From: Dehalococcoidia bacterium
Lineage (GTDB): Bacteria; Chloroflexota; Dehalococcoidia; Bin125
DNA length: 64,000 nt
Assembly (NCBI GenBank): GCA_963663235.2
Contig: CAXXNO010000004.1
Span: 128,001 to 192,000, forward strand
Reading direction: 5' to 3'
Position 1 is the first letter of the stretch. Every line of letters starts with the position of its first letter. This document shows positions 49,605 to 58,925 of the stretch, piece by piece. Under the pieces are notes generated by a model. That model did not search any database and was not told the DNA's origin. It saw only the letters and a list, made by a program, of their open reading frames with translations. Made by a program: the position numbers and the translations under genes.

Positions 49605-49696
49605 CCCCAGCCGCCCGTCGCTCTCTCCCCAGCGGTCCATTCCGGCCGTCCCTGTCGCCGTCCTCGCACGTCCCTGTCGCCGTCCCTGTCGCTGTC

Positions 49697-49743
49697 CGTG
49701 CACGTCCCGACGCCCGGCTCTGCCGGGCGTCGGGACGTGCACG
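49697..49743. other. Perfect 22-bp inverted repeat with a 3-nt loop
   Basis: CGTGCACGTCCCGACGCCCGGC-TCT-GCCGGGCGTCGGGACGTGCACG. Confidence 0.9.
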
Positions 49744-49875
49744 TGAGGGGCGCCGGGCGGATCAGATCGGGAAAGGGTGTGGTGCGTTTCGGGAGGCGCG
49801 CCGCACGGCCTAGGGGCTCTCCCACTACTGAGCGCCAGAGCGCCTGCGCATACTGCTGAGAGGCTGGAGGTGCGG

Positions 49876-50112
49876 GTGATCGCGCTGACGAAACTGGACG
49901 GCGCCACTGTGTACGTCAACCCGGACCTCATGCAGTACATCGAGGCGCACCCGGACACGCGCATCACGTTGATCACAGGGACCCGCCTGATTGTGCGAGA
50001 GGACCCGCCCACGATCGTGGAGCGCTTGATCAAATACCGGCGGGCGGTGGCGGTGGAAGGCAACGCGGCGCGGGCGATGCTCGGGCGCGTGGCGGCCGTA
50101 GGGAAACCCTAA
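49876..50112 (+). CDS. flbD: Flagellar FlbD/SwrD family protein
   Basis: MIALTKLDG..VYVNPDL...IEAHPDT.ITL..G; GGAGG RBS; directly before motA. Confidence 0.9.
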   Translation: MIALTKLDGATVYVNPDLMQYIEAHPDTRITLITGTRLIVREDPPTIVERLIKYRRAVAVEGNAARAMLGRVAAVGKP

Positions 50113-50115
50113 ACG

Positions 50116-50928
50116 ATGGACACGGCCACGCTGGTGGGGTTGTTGCTGGGCTTCGTGGGGGTGTTCGGCGGGAACATGATGGAAGGCGGATCAATCTCGG
50201 CGCTGATCAACATTCCGGGCTTCATGATCGTGGTGCTCGGATCGATCGGCGCGGGGATCGCCAACTACCCCCTGGAGACGGCCAAGCGCCTGCCCAAGAT
50301 CCTGGGCAAGGTGTTCAAAAAGCAGGAAGTGAACACGGCGCGTGTGGTGCCGATATTCGTGCGCATGGCGGACAAGGCGCGGCGGGAAGGGCTGCTCTCG
50401 CTGGAAGAAGAGAGCCAGCAGATAGACGACGCGTACATGCGCAAAGGGCTGCAGCTGATGATCGACGGGACGGACGCGACCGAGCTGCGGGACATCATGG
50501 AGATCGAGACCGAGGCGATGGAGGAACGGCACGCGACCAACCGGGGACTGCTAGAGGCGATCGGCGGCTACGCGCCCACGCTGGGCGTGATGGGCGCAAT
50601 CATGGGGCTGATTGCGGTGCTCTCCAACCTGAACGACACGGAGAGCCTGGGGCACGGTATCGCGGTGGCGTTCGTGGCGTCGTTCTACGGGGTGTTCACC
50701 GCCAACCTCATCTGGCTGCCGTTCGCCGGGAAACTGAAGCTCAAGACTCAGGATGAAGCGCGCATGCGCAGCGCCATGCTGGAAGGGCTGCTGGCGATCC
50801 AGTCGGGCGACAATCCGCGGATCGTGAAGGAGAAGCTGGAAGGGTACCTGGAGCCGTCGGCGCGTGGCGTCAGCGACGAGCAGGGCGAGGCGCCGACGGC
50901 GGACGCGGCGGAACCGGAGGCCGCATGA
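50116..50928 (+). CDS. motA: Flagellar stator MotA
   Basis: ARREGLLSLE, YAPTLG.MG..MGLI, EGLLAIQSGDNPR. Confidence 0.95.
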   Translation: MDTATLVGLLLGFVGVFGGNMMEGGSISALINIPGFMIVVLGSIGAGIANYPLETAKRLPKILGKVFKKQEVNTARVVPIFVRMADKARREGLLSLEEESQQIDDAYMRKGLQLMIDGTDATELRDIMEIETEAMEERHATNRGLLEAIGGYAPTLGVMGAIMGLIAVLSNLNDTESLGHGIAVAFVASFYGVFTANLIWLPFAGKLKLKTQDEARMRSAMLEGLLAIQSGDNPRIVKEKLEGYLEPSARGVSDEQGEAPTADAAEPEAA

Positions 50929-51716
50929 GCGCCCGCCGCAAGCACAAAGAGGAGCACAGCGAGGGCGGCGAGCGCTGGCTGATCACGTACGCCGACCTGG
51001 TGACGTTGCTCTTCGCGGTGTTCATTGTGCTGTACGCGGGCTCCAACTCAGACGAAGAACGGTTCGGCAGGACGGCGGAAGGGATCCGCCAGGCGTTCGA
51101 TGTCGGGTTGGGGGTCCTGAGCGGCGGCGGCTCCGATCCGGGCGTCTTCGAAGAGGGCGGCGACGCCGTGCCGCTCCCAACGGTGCAGGGGAACAGCGAT
51201 GCGGAGCCCGTGCTGCGCGAGGTGAACGCGCTGGCGCAAAGCCACGGCCTCAGTGGACAAGTCAACGTTCGACTGGAAGAGGGGCGGCTGATTATCGCGT
51301 TGGCGAACGACCTGCTCTTCGACGCCGCGAGCGCCAGCATCGATGAGCAGGCGATCACGTTCTTGAGCGACCTGGGCGGCGTGCTGGTCGATCTGCCGCA
51401 GCCGATCCAGGTCGAGGGGCATACGGACAGTGTGCCGATCAACACAGAAGCGTTCCCGAGCAACTGGGAGCTGTCCACGGCCCGGGCCACCGTGGTGCTG
51501 CGCTTCTTGGTGGAGCAGGCGGGAGTGAGCGCGTCGCGGATCCACGCGGCGGGCTTCGCCGACCAACGGCCGATCGCGGACAACGTGAGCGCGGAGGGTC
51601 GCGCGGCGAACCGTCGCGCGAACGTGGTGATCCTGTTCCCGCCCGACGAGCTTGCGGAGAGCCTGCCGGCGCCGATCGGGGAGACCGGGGCGGAAGTCGA
51701 GGCGGCGTTGCGATGA
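50925..51716 (+). CDS. motB: Flagellar stator MotB
   Basis: ERWLITYADLVTLL, EGHTD, SNWELSTARA, NRR OmpA-like domain. Confidence 0.95.
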   Translation: MSARRKHKEEHSEGGERWLITYADLVTLLFAVFIVLYAGSNSDEERFGRTAEGIRQAFDVGLGVLSGGGSDPGVFEEGGDAVPLPTVQGNSDAEPVLREVNALAQSHGLSGQVNVRLEEGRLIIALANDLLFDAASASIDEQAITFLSDLGGVLVDLPQPIQVEGHTDSVPINTEAFPSNWELSTARATVVLRFLVEQAGVSASRIHAAGFADQRPIADNVSAEGRAANRRANVVILFPPDELAESLPAPIGETGAEVEAALR

Positions 51717-52204
51717 AGGTGCTGAAGAACCCCAAAGCGAAGAAGGGGATAATCCTGCTCGTGGTCCTGGCGGCGGCGTATTTCGTTGTGTGGCCGCGCC
51801 TGCAAGGCGACACGAGCGAGATTGAGCTGCCGGCGCACCCGAACCCGGGCCCGACGTACACCGTGGGCCCGCGCGTGTACAACCTGACGGTGCCCGCGGG
51901 GGAGCCGCCGCGGTTCGTGAAGCTTGCGGCCGTCTTTGAGTTCGCGGAAGAGGAACCGGCCTTCTTTCTGCTGGAGGGGGAAGCGCTGCACGCGGCGCTG
52001 GAAAGCTTCGCGGAGGAGTTGGGCCCGAAGCGGCCGGTGATCGAGGACGCGGTGGGATCGACGGTGAGCGCCGAGACGTACGAGGACCTGGCGACCGTTG
52101 CGGGTCGCGAGCGGCTCAAGGAGGAGCTGAGCAAGGCGGTGGCCGTCGCCGTGGGCGAGCCCGAACTGCTCACCGTCTACTTGACCGAGTTCGTGATTCA
52201 GTAG
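51713..52204 (+). CDS. fliL: Flagellar basal-body protein FliL
   Basis: N-terminal TM, YNL, G.E.LKEEL, VYLTEFVIQ. Confidence 0.88.
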   Translation: MKVLKNPKAKKGIILLVVLAAAYFVVWPRLQGDTSEIELPAHPNPGPTYTVGPRVYNLTVPAGEPPRFVKLAAVFEFAEEEPAFFLLEGEALHAALESFAEELGPKRPVIEDAVGSTVSAETYEDLATVAGRERLKEELSKAVAVAVGEPELLTVYLTEFVIQ

Positions 52205-52209
52205 CGGCC

Positions 52210-53325
52210 ATGCCTCCTAACAGCCGACTCACCCAGCGCGAGATCGACACCCTCCTGAGCGGCGGCCCAGGCGAGGGCGAGCGACAGCCGGCGAAGCAGC
52301 CAGGGGGTGTCTGGGGGGAGCGCGGCTTCGGCAAAACGGTGAGACGGTACGACTTCCGCCGTCCCGACAAGTTCTCCAAGGAGCATCTGCGATCGCTGCA
52401 ATCGCTGCACGAGACGTTCGCGCGGGCGGCGGGGACGGCGCTGACGAACCAGGTGCGCTGCAACGTGGAGATCAAGCTCTCATCGATCGAGCAGGGGTTG
52501 TACGAGGAGTACGTGGGGCAGGTGGCAGGGGCGTCGTTTGTGCACACGCTGGAGATGTCGCCGCTGGATGGATCGATCGTCATCCAGTACGGGCAGGACG
52601 TGGGGCTGTTGATCTTCGACCGGCTGCTGGGCGGGGCGGGCGCCCAGTTGGAGAACGGCCACGAAGTGACCGACGTTGAACTGCACTTGTTGCGGGGCTT
52701 CGCCGAGATGCTGGCCGCCGCCATGGGCGAGGCCTGGTCCAACCTCTGCCCGGTCACGCCGTCTGTCGCGGACACGCAGATGGACATCAACCTGGCGCAG
52801 ATTGCGCCGCCTTCGGAGGTGGTGATCACGGTGCTGATGGAGATCACGCTGCTGGACACCGTGGGCGTCCTGAGCGTGTGTACGCCGTACAGCGTGCTGG
52901 AAGGGGTGCTGTCCCGGCTGAGCGCGCAGTCATGGGTGGGGACGGGGGGCCGCAAGCAACCGGGCGAGATTGTGGGACAGCTGCTGCGGCGGCAAATTGA
53001 GCGCACGCGCGTGCCGATCAGCGCCGACTACGGCAGCGCCTCCGTTCGGGCCCGCGACCTGGCGCGCCTGGAGGTGGGGGACGTGATCCGGTTGGATGCC
53101 CCCATCACCCACACAGTGCCGGTGCGCGTGGGCGGGGTGCGCAAGTGGCTGGCGCGTCCGGGGCGGTCGTCGGGGCGCATGGCGGTGCGCATTGAACGGT
53201 GGGCCCCGGAAGAGGTGGCGGGCGTGGGCCAGAGCGCGGCGGGCGCGGGTGAGGGGACGACGCCGTTGCCGTCGCCGACGACGGCGGAACCGGCGGCAGA
53301 AAGCGAGCGCAACCGTGCCGCCTGA
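52210..53325 (+). CDS. fliM: Flagellar motor switch protein FliM
   Basis: LTQREIDTLL CheY-binding helix, YDFRRPDKFSKEHLR, DRLLGG, LEVGDVIRL. Confidence 0.95.
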   Translation: MPPNSRLTQREIDTLLSGGPGEGERQPAKQPGGVWGERGFGKTVRRYDFRRPDKFSKEHLRSLQSLHETFARAAGTALTNQVRCNVEIKLSSIEQGLYEEYVGQVAGASFVHTLEMSPLDGSIVIQYGQDVGLLIFDRLLGGAGAQLENGHEVTDVELHLLRGFAEMLAAAMGEAWSNLCPVTPSVADTQMDINLAQIAPPSEVVITVLMEITLLDTVGVLSVCTPYSVLEGVLSRLSAQSWVGTGGRKQPGEIVGQLLRRQIERTRVPISADYGSASVRARDLARLEVGDVIRLDAPITHTVPVRVGGVRKWLARPGRSSGRMAVRIERWAPEEVAGVGQSAAGAGEGTTPLPSPTTAEPAAESERNRAA

Positions 53326-54349
53326 GAGCGAGCCCGTGAACGGCGACTGGGGGGAGCAGGCGGCGCTGTGCGCGTTTGGGGTGAAAGCGCGCGAGGCCGG
53401 GCCGGTGGCGGTGGAGAACGTGCTCGGCAAGGCGGTGCGGCTGGAGCAGACCAGCCTGCGGCCGACGGCCGACGCCGACCTGGAAGAAGAATTCGGCGAA
53501 CTGCGGCACGTGGCGATCGAGGCACGGGTGGCGCTGTCCGAGGTGGAGGCGCACCTCAGCACGCTGCTCATCCCCTTGCCGGGGATTGGGGCGTTGCTGG
53601 ATGACGCGGTGGACCCGGAGGCCCTGGACGAGAGCGCGGGGATGGAATCCGTGGAGCAGCGCAGCAAAGAGCTGCTGCATCTGCTGAGTCTCATGCTGTT
53701 CGGCGATTCGCCGATCCCCGGCGAGATCACCCTGTCCGCCGTGCGGGTGGACGGAATTGACGAGAGCGCGGGGATGGTGGCGGACAGCGCGGGCGGGGCG
53801 GCGCTGCACCGCATCGATCACGCCCTCACGGTGGGGGAGAACGATCCGGTGCGGATCACGTTGGTCGCGCCGGAGACGCTGCTCAGCGGCCTGGTTGCGG
53901 CGCTGGCCGGCGACGGCGCGTCCGACGAGCAGGGGGCGGACGCGGCCGGCGCGGTCGACGAACAGGGAACGGACGAGGCCGACGAGGCGCCGATGTTCGA
54001 CGACGAGGAGTTGATCGCTATCGACCCGGTGGACCTGCCGGACCTCGACACGATCAGCAGCATGTCCGTGGAGGGCGAGCCGCGTCCGCTGGACCTGCTG
54101 CTGGATGTCTCGATGCAGGTCAGCGCCGAGTTGGGCCGCTGCCAGATGACCGTGGAGGAGATCCTCAGCATCAGCCCCGGCTCCGTGGTGGAGTTAGACA
54201 AGCTGGCCGGCGAGCCGGTGGACGTGCTGATCAACGACCTCCTCATTGCCCGCGGAGAGGTGGTGATGGTGGACGAGAACTTTGAGGTCCGGATCACGGA
54301 GATCCTGAGCCCGCGGACGATCCCCACGGCGCAAGCGGAACCGGTATGA
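53315..54349 (+). CDS. fliN: Flagellar switch protein FliN with long divergent N-terminal (FliY-like) domain
   Basis: C-terminal LLLDV..QVSAELG...PGSVVELDKLAGEPVD...ARGEVV; GTG 53315 overlaps the fliM end. Confidence 0.88.
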   Translation: MPPESEPVNGDWGEQAALCAFGVKAREAGPVAVENVLGKAVRLEQTSLRPTADADLEEEFGELRHVAIEARVALSEVEAHLSTLLIPLPGIGALLDDAVDPEALDESAGMESVEQRSKELLHLLSLMLFGDSPIPGEITLSAVRVDGIDESAGMVADSAGGAALHRIDHALTVGENDPVRITLVAPETLLSGLVAALAGDGASDEQGADAAGAVDEQGTDEADEAPMFDDEELIAIDPVDLPDLDTISSMSVEGEPRPLDLLLDVSMQVSAELGRCQMTVEEILSISPGSVVELDKLAGEPVDVLINDLLIARGEVVMVDENFEVRITEILSPRTIPTAQAEPV

Positions 54350-55188
54350 AGACGGCGAAACCGATGTGGTTGATCGCCGGGGTCGCCGGGGTGGGGATCG
54401 GCGTGCTGGTGGTGGGGCCGGCGGCGCGCCTGGGCGAGGGGGGGGATGCGCTCTTCGCCGAGCCGCCCGATGCGGGCGAACTGGAGGAACTGGGCACGAT
54501 TGGAGGCGCGAGCGCGGCGGCGGCGCCGGCCGACACGGCGGCCGACACGGCGGCCGACACGGCGGCCGACACGGCGGCCAGTGGGAGTGACGCGGCCGAG
54601 GCGGGGGAGATTGTCGGACGCAACGTGTCCTCGTTCGACGCAGGGGACATTTTCGGGCTGCTGTGGCGGCTGGCGCTGGTGGGCGGGATCATCTACGCCT
54701 CCATTTTCCTGCTGCGCAAGTTCGTGAATCGCAGCAGCCGGTTCCGCAGCGACTCGGGCGCGCTGCAGGTGCTGGAGACGATCGGCCTGGGGAGCAACCG
54801 GCTGGTGTCGCTGGTGGAGGCCGGCGATCGCATCCTGGTGGTGGGGAGCGCGCCCAACCAGGTGACCCTGCTGGCGGAGTTGAGCGATCCGGAGGTGGTG
54901 GCGGGGCTGCGCGGCAGCGCGGACCAGAGCAGTCCGGGCGTCGCCACGCTGGGCGAGATGATGCGCAAGTTCGGGCAGAGCGCCGTGCAGCGCGTCGTCA
55001 CGCGCGACGTCACCAGCGACGTCACCGGCGACGCCGCGAGCCAGCCGGCGGAACGGCTGGACGTGCGGGCGCTGACGCCGGTCCTTGAGCGGCTGATGGA
55101 AACGCAGGCGGCGATTGCGAAGCAGTCGGAGCGGCTGCAGGCCCAGGGCGACACGGTCGCCACCCCGGCGCGATCGGAAGCGGAGTGA
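54346..55188 (+). CDS. fliO: Flagellar biosynthesis protein FliO (extended)
   Basis: TM followed by [23 protein letters not shown].....VTLLAEL; position between fliN and fliP. Confidence 0.82.
   Translation: MKTAKPMWLIAGVAGVGIGVLVVGPAARLGEGGDALFAEPPDAGELEELGTIGGASAAAAPADTAADTAADTAADTAASGSDAAEAGEIVGRNVSSFDAGDIFGLLWRLALVGGIIYASIFLLRKFVNRSSRFRSDSGALQVLETIGLGSNRLVSLVEAGDRILVVGSAPNQVTLLAELSDPEVVAGLRGSADQSSPGVATLGEMMRKFGQSAVQRVVTRDVTSDVTGDAASQPAERLDVRALTPVLERLMETQAAIAKQSERLQAQGDTVATPARSEAE
54529..54579. repeat. 12-bp coding tandem repeat x4 (ADTA) in fliO
   Basis: GCCGACACGGCG units. Confidence 0.85.
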
Positions 55189-55192
55189 GCGC

Positions 55193-56035
55193 ATGGACCG
55201 TGGGGCGACGGTCGCTTCTTGCGGGCATTCGTTTGCTTCCCGCGGCATACGGCGGCGCAAGGGAACGGTGCTGGTGTTGCTGCTGGGCGGGGCGCTGCTG
55301 TTGAGCGGGTGTACGGAGGACGGCTTCAGCATCGACATCAGCCTGGGCGAGGGCGAGGGCGAGGGTGGGGTCACCGCCGTCGATGGAACGTCGGAGGAGA
55401 CAGCGGGAGTCGGCGTGGGCACGATCCAGTTGCTGAGGCTGCTCACTGTGCTGGCCCTGGCGCCGGCGTTCCTGATCATGATCACGTCCTTCACGCGGAT
55501 GATCGTGGTGCTCTCGTTGGTGCGGAACGCAATCGGCGTGCCGCAACTGCCGCCCAACCAAGTGCTACTGGGCCTGGCGCTCTTCCTGACGCTGTTCGTG
55601 ATGGCGCCCACGTTCGAGGAGATCAACGCGACGGCGCTGCAGCCGTACTTCGCGGGCGAGATCACGCAGGGCGAAGCGTTTGAGGCCGGGCAGGAGCCGC
55701 TGCGGGAGTTCATGTTCAAGCAAACGCGAGAGAAGGATCTCGGGCTGTTCATCAAGCTCAGCGGTGAGGAGCAGCCCGCGACGCCGGCGGACGTGCCGAC
55801 GCACGTGTTGATCCCGGCGTTCATCATCTCGGAGCTGAAGACGGCGTTTCAGATGGGGTTCATCGCCTTTGTGCCGTTTCTGATCATCGACATCGTGGTA
55901 AGCAGCGGGCTGCTGTCGATGGGGATGATGATGCTGCCGCCGGTGATTGTGTCGTTGCCGTTCAAGATCCTGTTGTTCGTGCTGGTCGATGGGTGGTCGC
56001 TGATCGTGGGATCGCTCGTGAGCAGCTTCAACTAG
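55193..56035 (+). CDS. fliP: Flagellar export gate FliP
   Basis: [55 protein letters not shown]. Confidence 0.96.
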   Translation: MDRGATVASCGHSFASRGIRRRKGTVLVLLLGGALLLSGCTEDGFSIDISLGEGEGEGGVTAVDGTSEETAGVGVGTIQLLRLLTVLALAPAFLIMITSFTRMIVVLSLVRNAIGVPQLPPNQVLLGLALFLTLFVMAPTFEEINATALQPYFAGEITQGEAFEAGQEPLREFMFKQTREKDLGLFIKLSGEEQPATPADVPTHVLIPAFIISELKTAFQMGFIAFVPFLIIDIVVSSGLLSMGMMMLPPVIVSLPFKILLFVLVDGWSLIVGSLVSSFN

Positions 56036-56059
56036 GCGGGGCATCGAGGAGAGGCGCAC

Positions 56060-56326
56060 ATGTCCGAGGATTTCGTGGTGGCGCTGGGGCGGGATGCCCT
56101 GACGACGGCGTTGTTGGTGGGAGCGCCGGTCTTGGGCTTCAGCCTGGTGACGGGGCTGGTGGTGTCTATCTTCCAGGCCGTGACCCAGATCAACGAGGTC
56201 ACGCTGACGTTTGTCCCCAAGATCCTGGCGGTGTTCGCGGCGCTGGCGCTGTTCGGGCCGTGGAGCATGCAAGTGCTGCTGCAGTTTTCCGAGCGGCTGT
56301 TGGGCAACCTGGGCGCGGGCCTGTGA
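56060..56326 (+). CDS. fliQ: Flagellar export gate FliQ
   Basis: SIFQAVTQINE.TLTFVPK. Confidence 0.96.
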   Translation: MSEDFVVALGRDALTTALLVGAPVLGFSLVTGLVVSIFQAVTQINEVTLTFVPKILAVFAALALFGPWSMQVLLQFSERLLGNLGAGL

Positions 56327-56370
56327 GCGGCCCGCCTGGGGCCGCGATGGCGGGAGCGAAGTGAGCACGG

Positions 56371-57144
56371 GTGTTCGGCCTCACAGAAGCGCTGCTTGCG
56401 TCGTATGTGCTGATCGTGGTGCGGCTGAGCGCGGCGCTGGTGGTCATGCCGATGTTCGGGGGCCATCAGGTGCCGCCGCACACCAAGATCGGGCTGGCGC
56501 TGTTCCTGGGGTTGATCATCGCTCCGCTGCAGGGGCCGCTGGAGCTGCCGCCGGGGCTGGGGCCGCTGTTGGTGGCGGCGGGGGGCGAAGCGATCGTGGG
56601 GATGGCGATCGGCTTCGCGGTGCTGCTGGTGTTCCAGGGCTTGGAGATGGCCGGCGGGATGATCGGGGTGCAGATGGGGATGGGGCTGGGCGAGGTGCTC
56701 GACCCGATCAGCGGCGCGGCGTCGAACGTGTTGCGGCGCTTCTATGGCGTCCTGGCCACGCTGATCTTCTTCATGGCCGACGCCCATCACCAAGTGATCG
56801 GGGGGCTGGTGGGGAGCTTTGCGCTGATCCCGCCGACGACCTTGAGCGCCGAATCGTTGAGCCTCCCGGTGCTGTTGCAGATCAGCGCGGCAATGTTCGT
56901 GGTGGCGGTGCGGATCGCGCTGCCGGTCCTAGCGGCGCTGTTCATCGCCGATCTGGGCCTGGCGATGGTGGCGCGCACGATGCCGCAACTGAACGTCCTG
57001 GTGGTGGGGCTGCCGCTGAAGATCGGGCTGGGGCTGCTGATCCTGATCGCGGCGCTGCCCGCCACGGCGCAGCTGATGCACCTCACTTTCGGCGGCGTGC
57101 TGGACGCGCTCACCTTGCTCCTGACCCCAGCCGCGGAGCAGTGA
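56371..57144 (+). CDS. fliR: Flagellar export gate FliR
   Basis: AGGMIG.QMG, DAHH, RTMPQLNV.VVGLPLK. Confidence 0.94.
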   Translation: MFGLTEALLASYVLIVVRLSAALVVMPMFGGHQVPPHTKIGLALFLGLIIAPLQGPLELPPGLGPLLVAAGGEAIVGMAIGFAVLLVFQGLEMAGGMIGVQMGMGLGEVLDPISGAASNVLRRFYGVLATLIFFMADAHHQVIGGLVGSFALIPPTTLSAESLSLPVLLQISAAMFVVAVRIALPVLAALFIADLGLAMVARTMPQLNVLVVGLPLKIGLGLLILIAALPATAQLMHLTFGGVLDALTLLLTPAAEQ

Positions 57145-57152
57145 CGTAGCCC

Positions 57153-58451
57153 ATGCCCGGCGAGAAGACTGAAGCCCCCACGCCCAAACGGCGCGAAGAG
57201 GCCCGCCGACGGGGCCAGGTGGCGCGCAGCCAGGAACTGAGCGCCGTGGTGGTGCTGCTGGGCGGCTTGATGCTGCTGCGGTTCGCCGGCGCCGGGATGG
57301 TGAATGGGCTGACGGGCCTGATGACGGGCGCGTTCCTGAACCTGGGCACGGAGGAGTTCACGGCCGCCGGGATTATGGGGGGCGGCAGCGACGTGATGCT
57401 GCGCGTGATCCAGATCCTGCTGCCCTTTCTGCTGGGAGTGGCGGTGCTGAGCATCGCCGGCAACGTGCTGCAGACCGGGCCGGTGTTGAGCGGGAAACCG
57501 CTGCGTCCGCAGTGGAGCCGCATCAACCCGGGCAAGGGGGCGAAGCGGATTGTGGGCAAGGACGGGATGGCGACGTTTGCCCGCAACCTGCTGAAGATGT
57601 CGTTGGTCGGCGGGGTGATCGTCTGGGTGGTGCGGGCCCGCTTCCCGGAGTTCAGCGCGCTGGGCAATGTCAGCGCCGAGGCGGGGAGCACGCGGTTCGC
57701 GGCGATCGCGTTCGAAGTGTTGTTCGCCGGGGCGGCGATGATGCTGGTCATCGCGCTGCTGGATCTGCTGTGGCAGCGGCGTCGCTTCCAGCAGCAGCTT
57801 CGCATGAGCAAGCAAGACGTCCGCGACGAACTGAAACGCAGCGAGGGCGACCCGGGCATCCGGGGCCGGATGCGGCAGCTGCGCCGGGACCTCTTCAACC
57901 GCATGATCTCGCAAGTGCCCAGCGCGACGGTGGTGGTGACCAACCCGACGGAGATCGCCGTGGCGCTGCGCTACGACCCGCTCTCGGACAAGGCGCCGGT
58001 GGTGGTGGCCAAGGGGCAGACGGCGGAGGCCCTGCGCGAAACGCTGGGGCGCGAACCGGAAGATCACGAGGTGGCCGAGGCGGCCGGCGTCACGGTGGAT
58101 CGCTACTACACGATGCTGACGGACGCCTCCTGGGTGACCGTGAGCCTAGACAACCTACTGGCTTCGAGCGCCGACGGTGAGGGTTATCCCGCCGCCGAGA
58201 TGCCGAAAGACCCTGATGCCACTGACGCCGTCCGAACGATAGAACGGAAGGAGTTAGTTAAGGCGCTGGCACTTGCTATTGAGCAGTTGCCGGACCGAGA
58301 GCGCTTGGTGGTTGCGCTGTACTACCAGGATGAGCTGACCCAGCGCGAGATCGCCAAAGTGCTGGAGATTTCGGAGTCGCGGGTCTGTCAGTTGCACGCT
58401 CGATCGCTGGAGCGGCTACGCACCACGCTGCGCGTGCATTTGGCGGCTTAG
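57153..58451 (+). pseudogene. flhB: In-frame chimera: FlhB (N-terminus to APVVVAKG) fused to the C-terminal half (regions 3-4) of a FliA/WhiG sigma factor
   Basis: EKTEAPTPKR, RINP, EGDP, TNPTE..VALRYD..APVVVAKG; from about 58020 LGREPED.EVA...VSLD...LPDRERLVVALYYQDELTQREIAKVLEISESRVCQLH. Confidence 0.88.
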
Positions 58452-58473
58452 CAAAGGGGTCTAGGAAGCTTCC

Positions 58474-58923
58474 ATGATCTGGCTGCTGCTCGGCCTGGAG
58501 ATCCTTCTGGCGCTCGGCTTGCTGGCGTTGGCGTGGCGCGGGCGGCGGGCGACGGTGCACGGCATCTTGAGCGAAGAAGAGGCGCAGGCGGAAGCGTTTC
58601 TGGCGGCCACCGTGGAGCAGTTGCTGCGGGACCTGCAAGAGTCGGCGAACCGGACGACGCTGCGGCTCTCGACGCAGACGGAGGCGCTGGAAGCGCTGCT
58701 GCGCGAAGCCGACAGCCGCGTTGCCCCCGAACGTTCCTCGGCCCGGCGCACGCGGAAGAGAGCCCGCAAGGACGAGCCCCCGGCGGCGGCCACGCCCGCG
58801 GCGTGGACGCAGCAGGCGCGGACGCTGTCGGAGAGCGGGTTGGGCCCGCTGCAGATCGCGAAGGAGATGGGACGGGGCACGGAAGAGGTGCGTCTGGCGC
58901 TGGCGGGGGCATCGAAGGGTTAG
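58474..58923 (+). CDS. Membrane-anchored coiled-coil protein with C-terminal HTH-like motif (DUF6115/DUF2802-like)
   Basis: N-terminal TM, coiled coil, G....IAKEMGRGTEEVRL; follows the fliA remnant. Confidence 0.72.
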   Translation: MIWLLLGLEILLALGLLALAWRGRRATVHGILSEEEAQAEAFLAATVEQLLRDLQESANRTTLRLSTQTEALEALLREADSRVAPERSSARRTRKRARKDEPPAAATPAAWTQQARTLSESGLGPLQIAKEMGRGTEEVRLALAGASKG

Positions 58924-58925
58924 CG

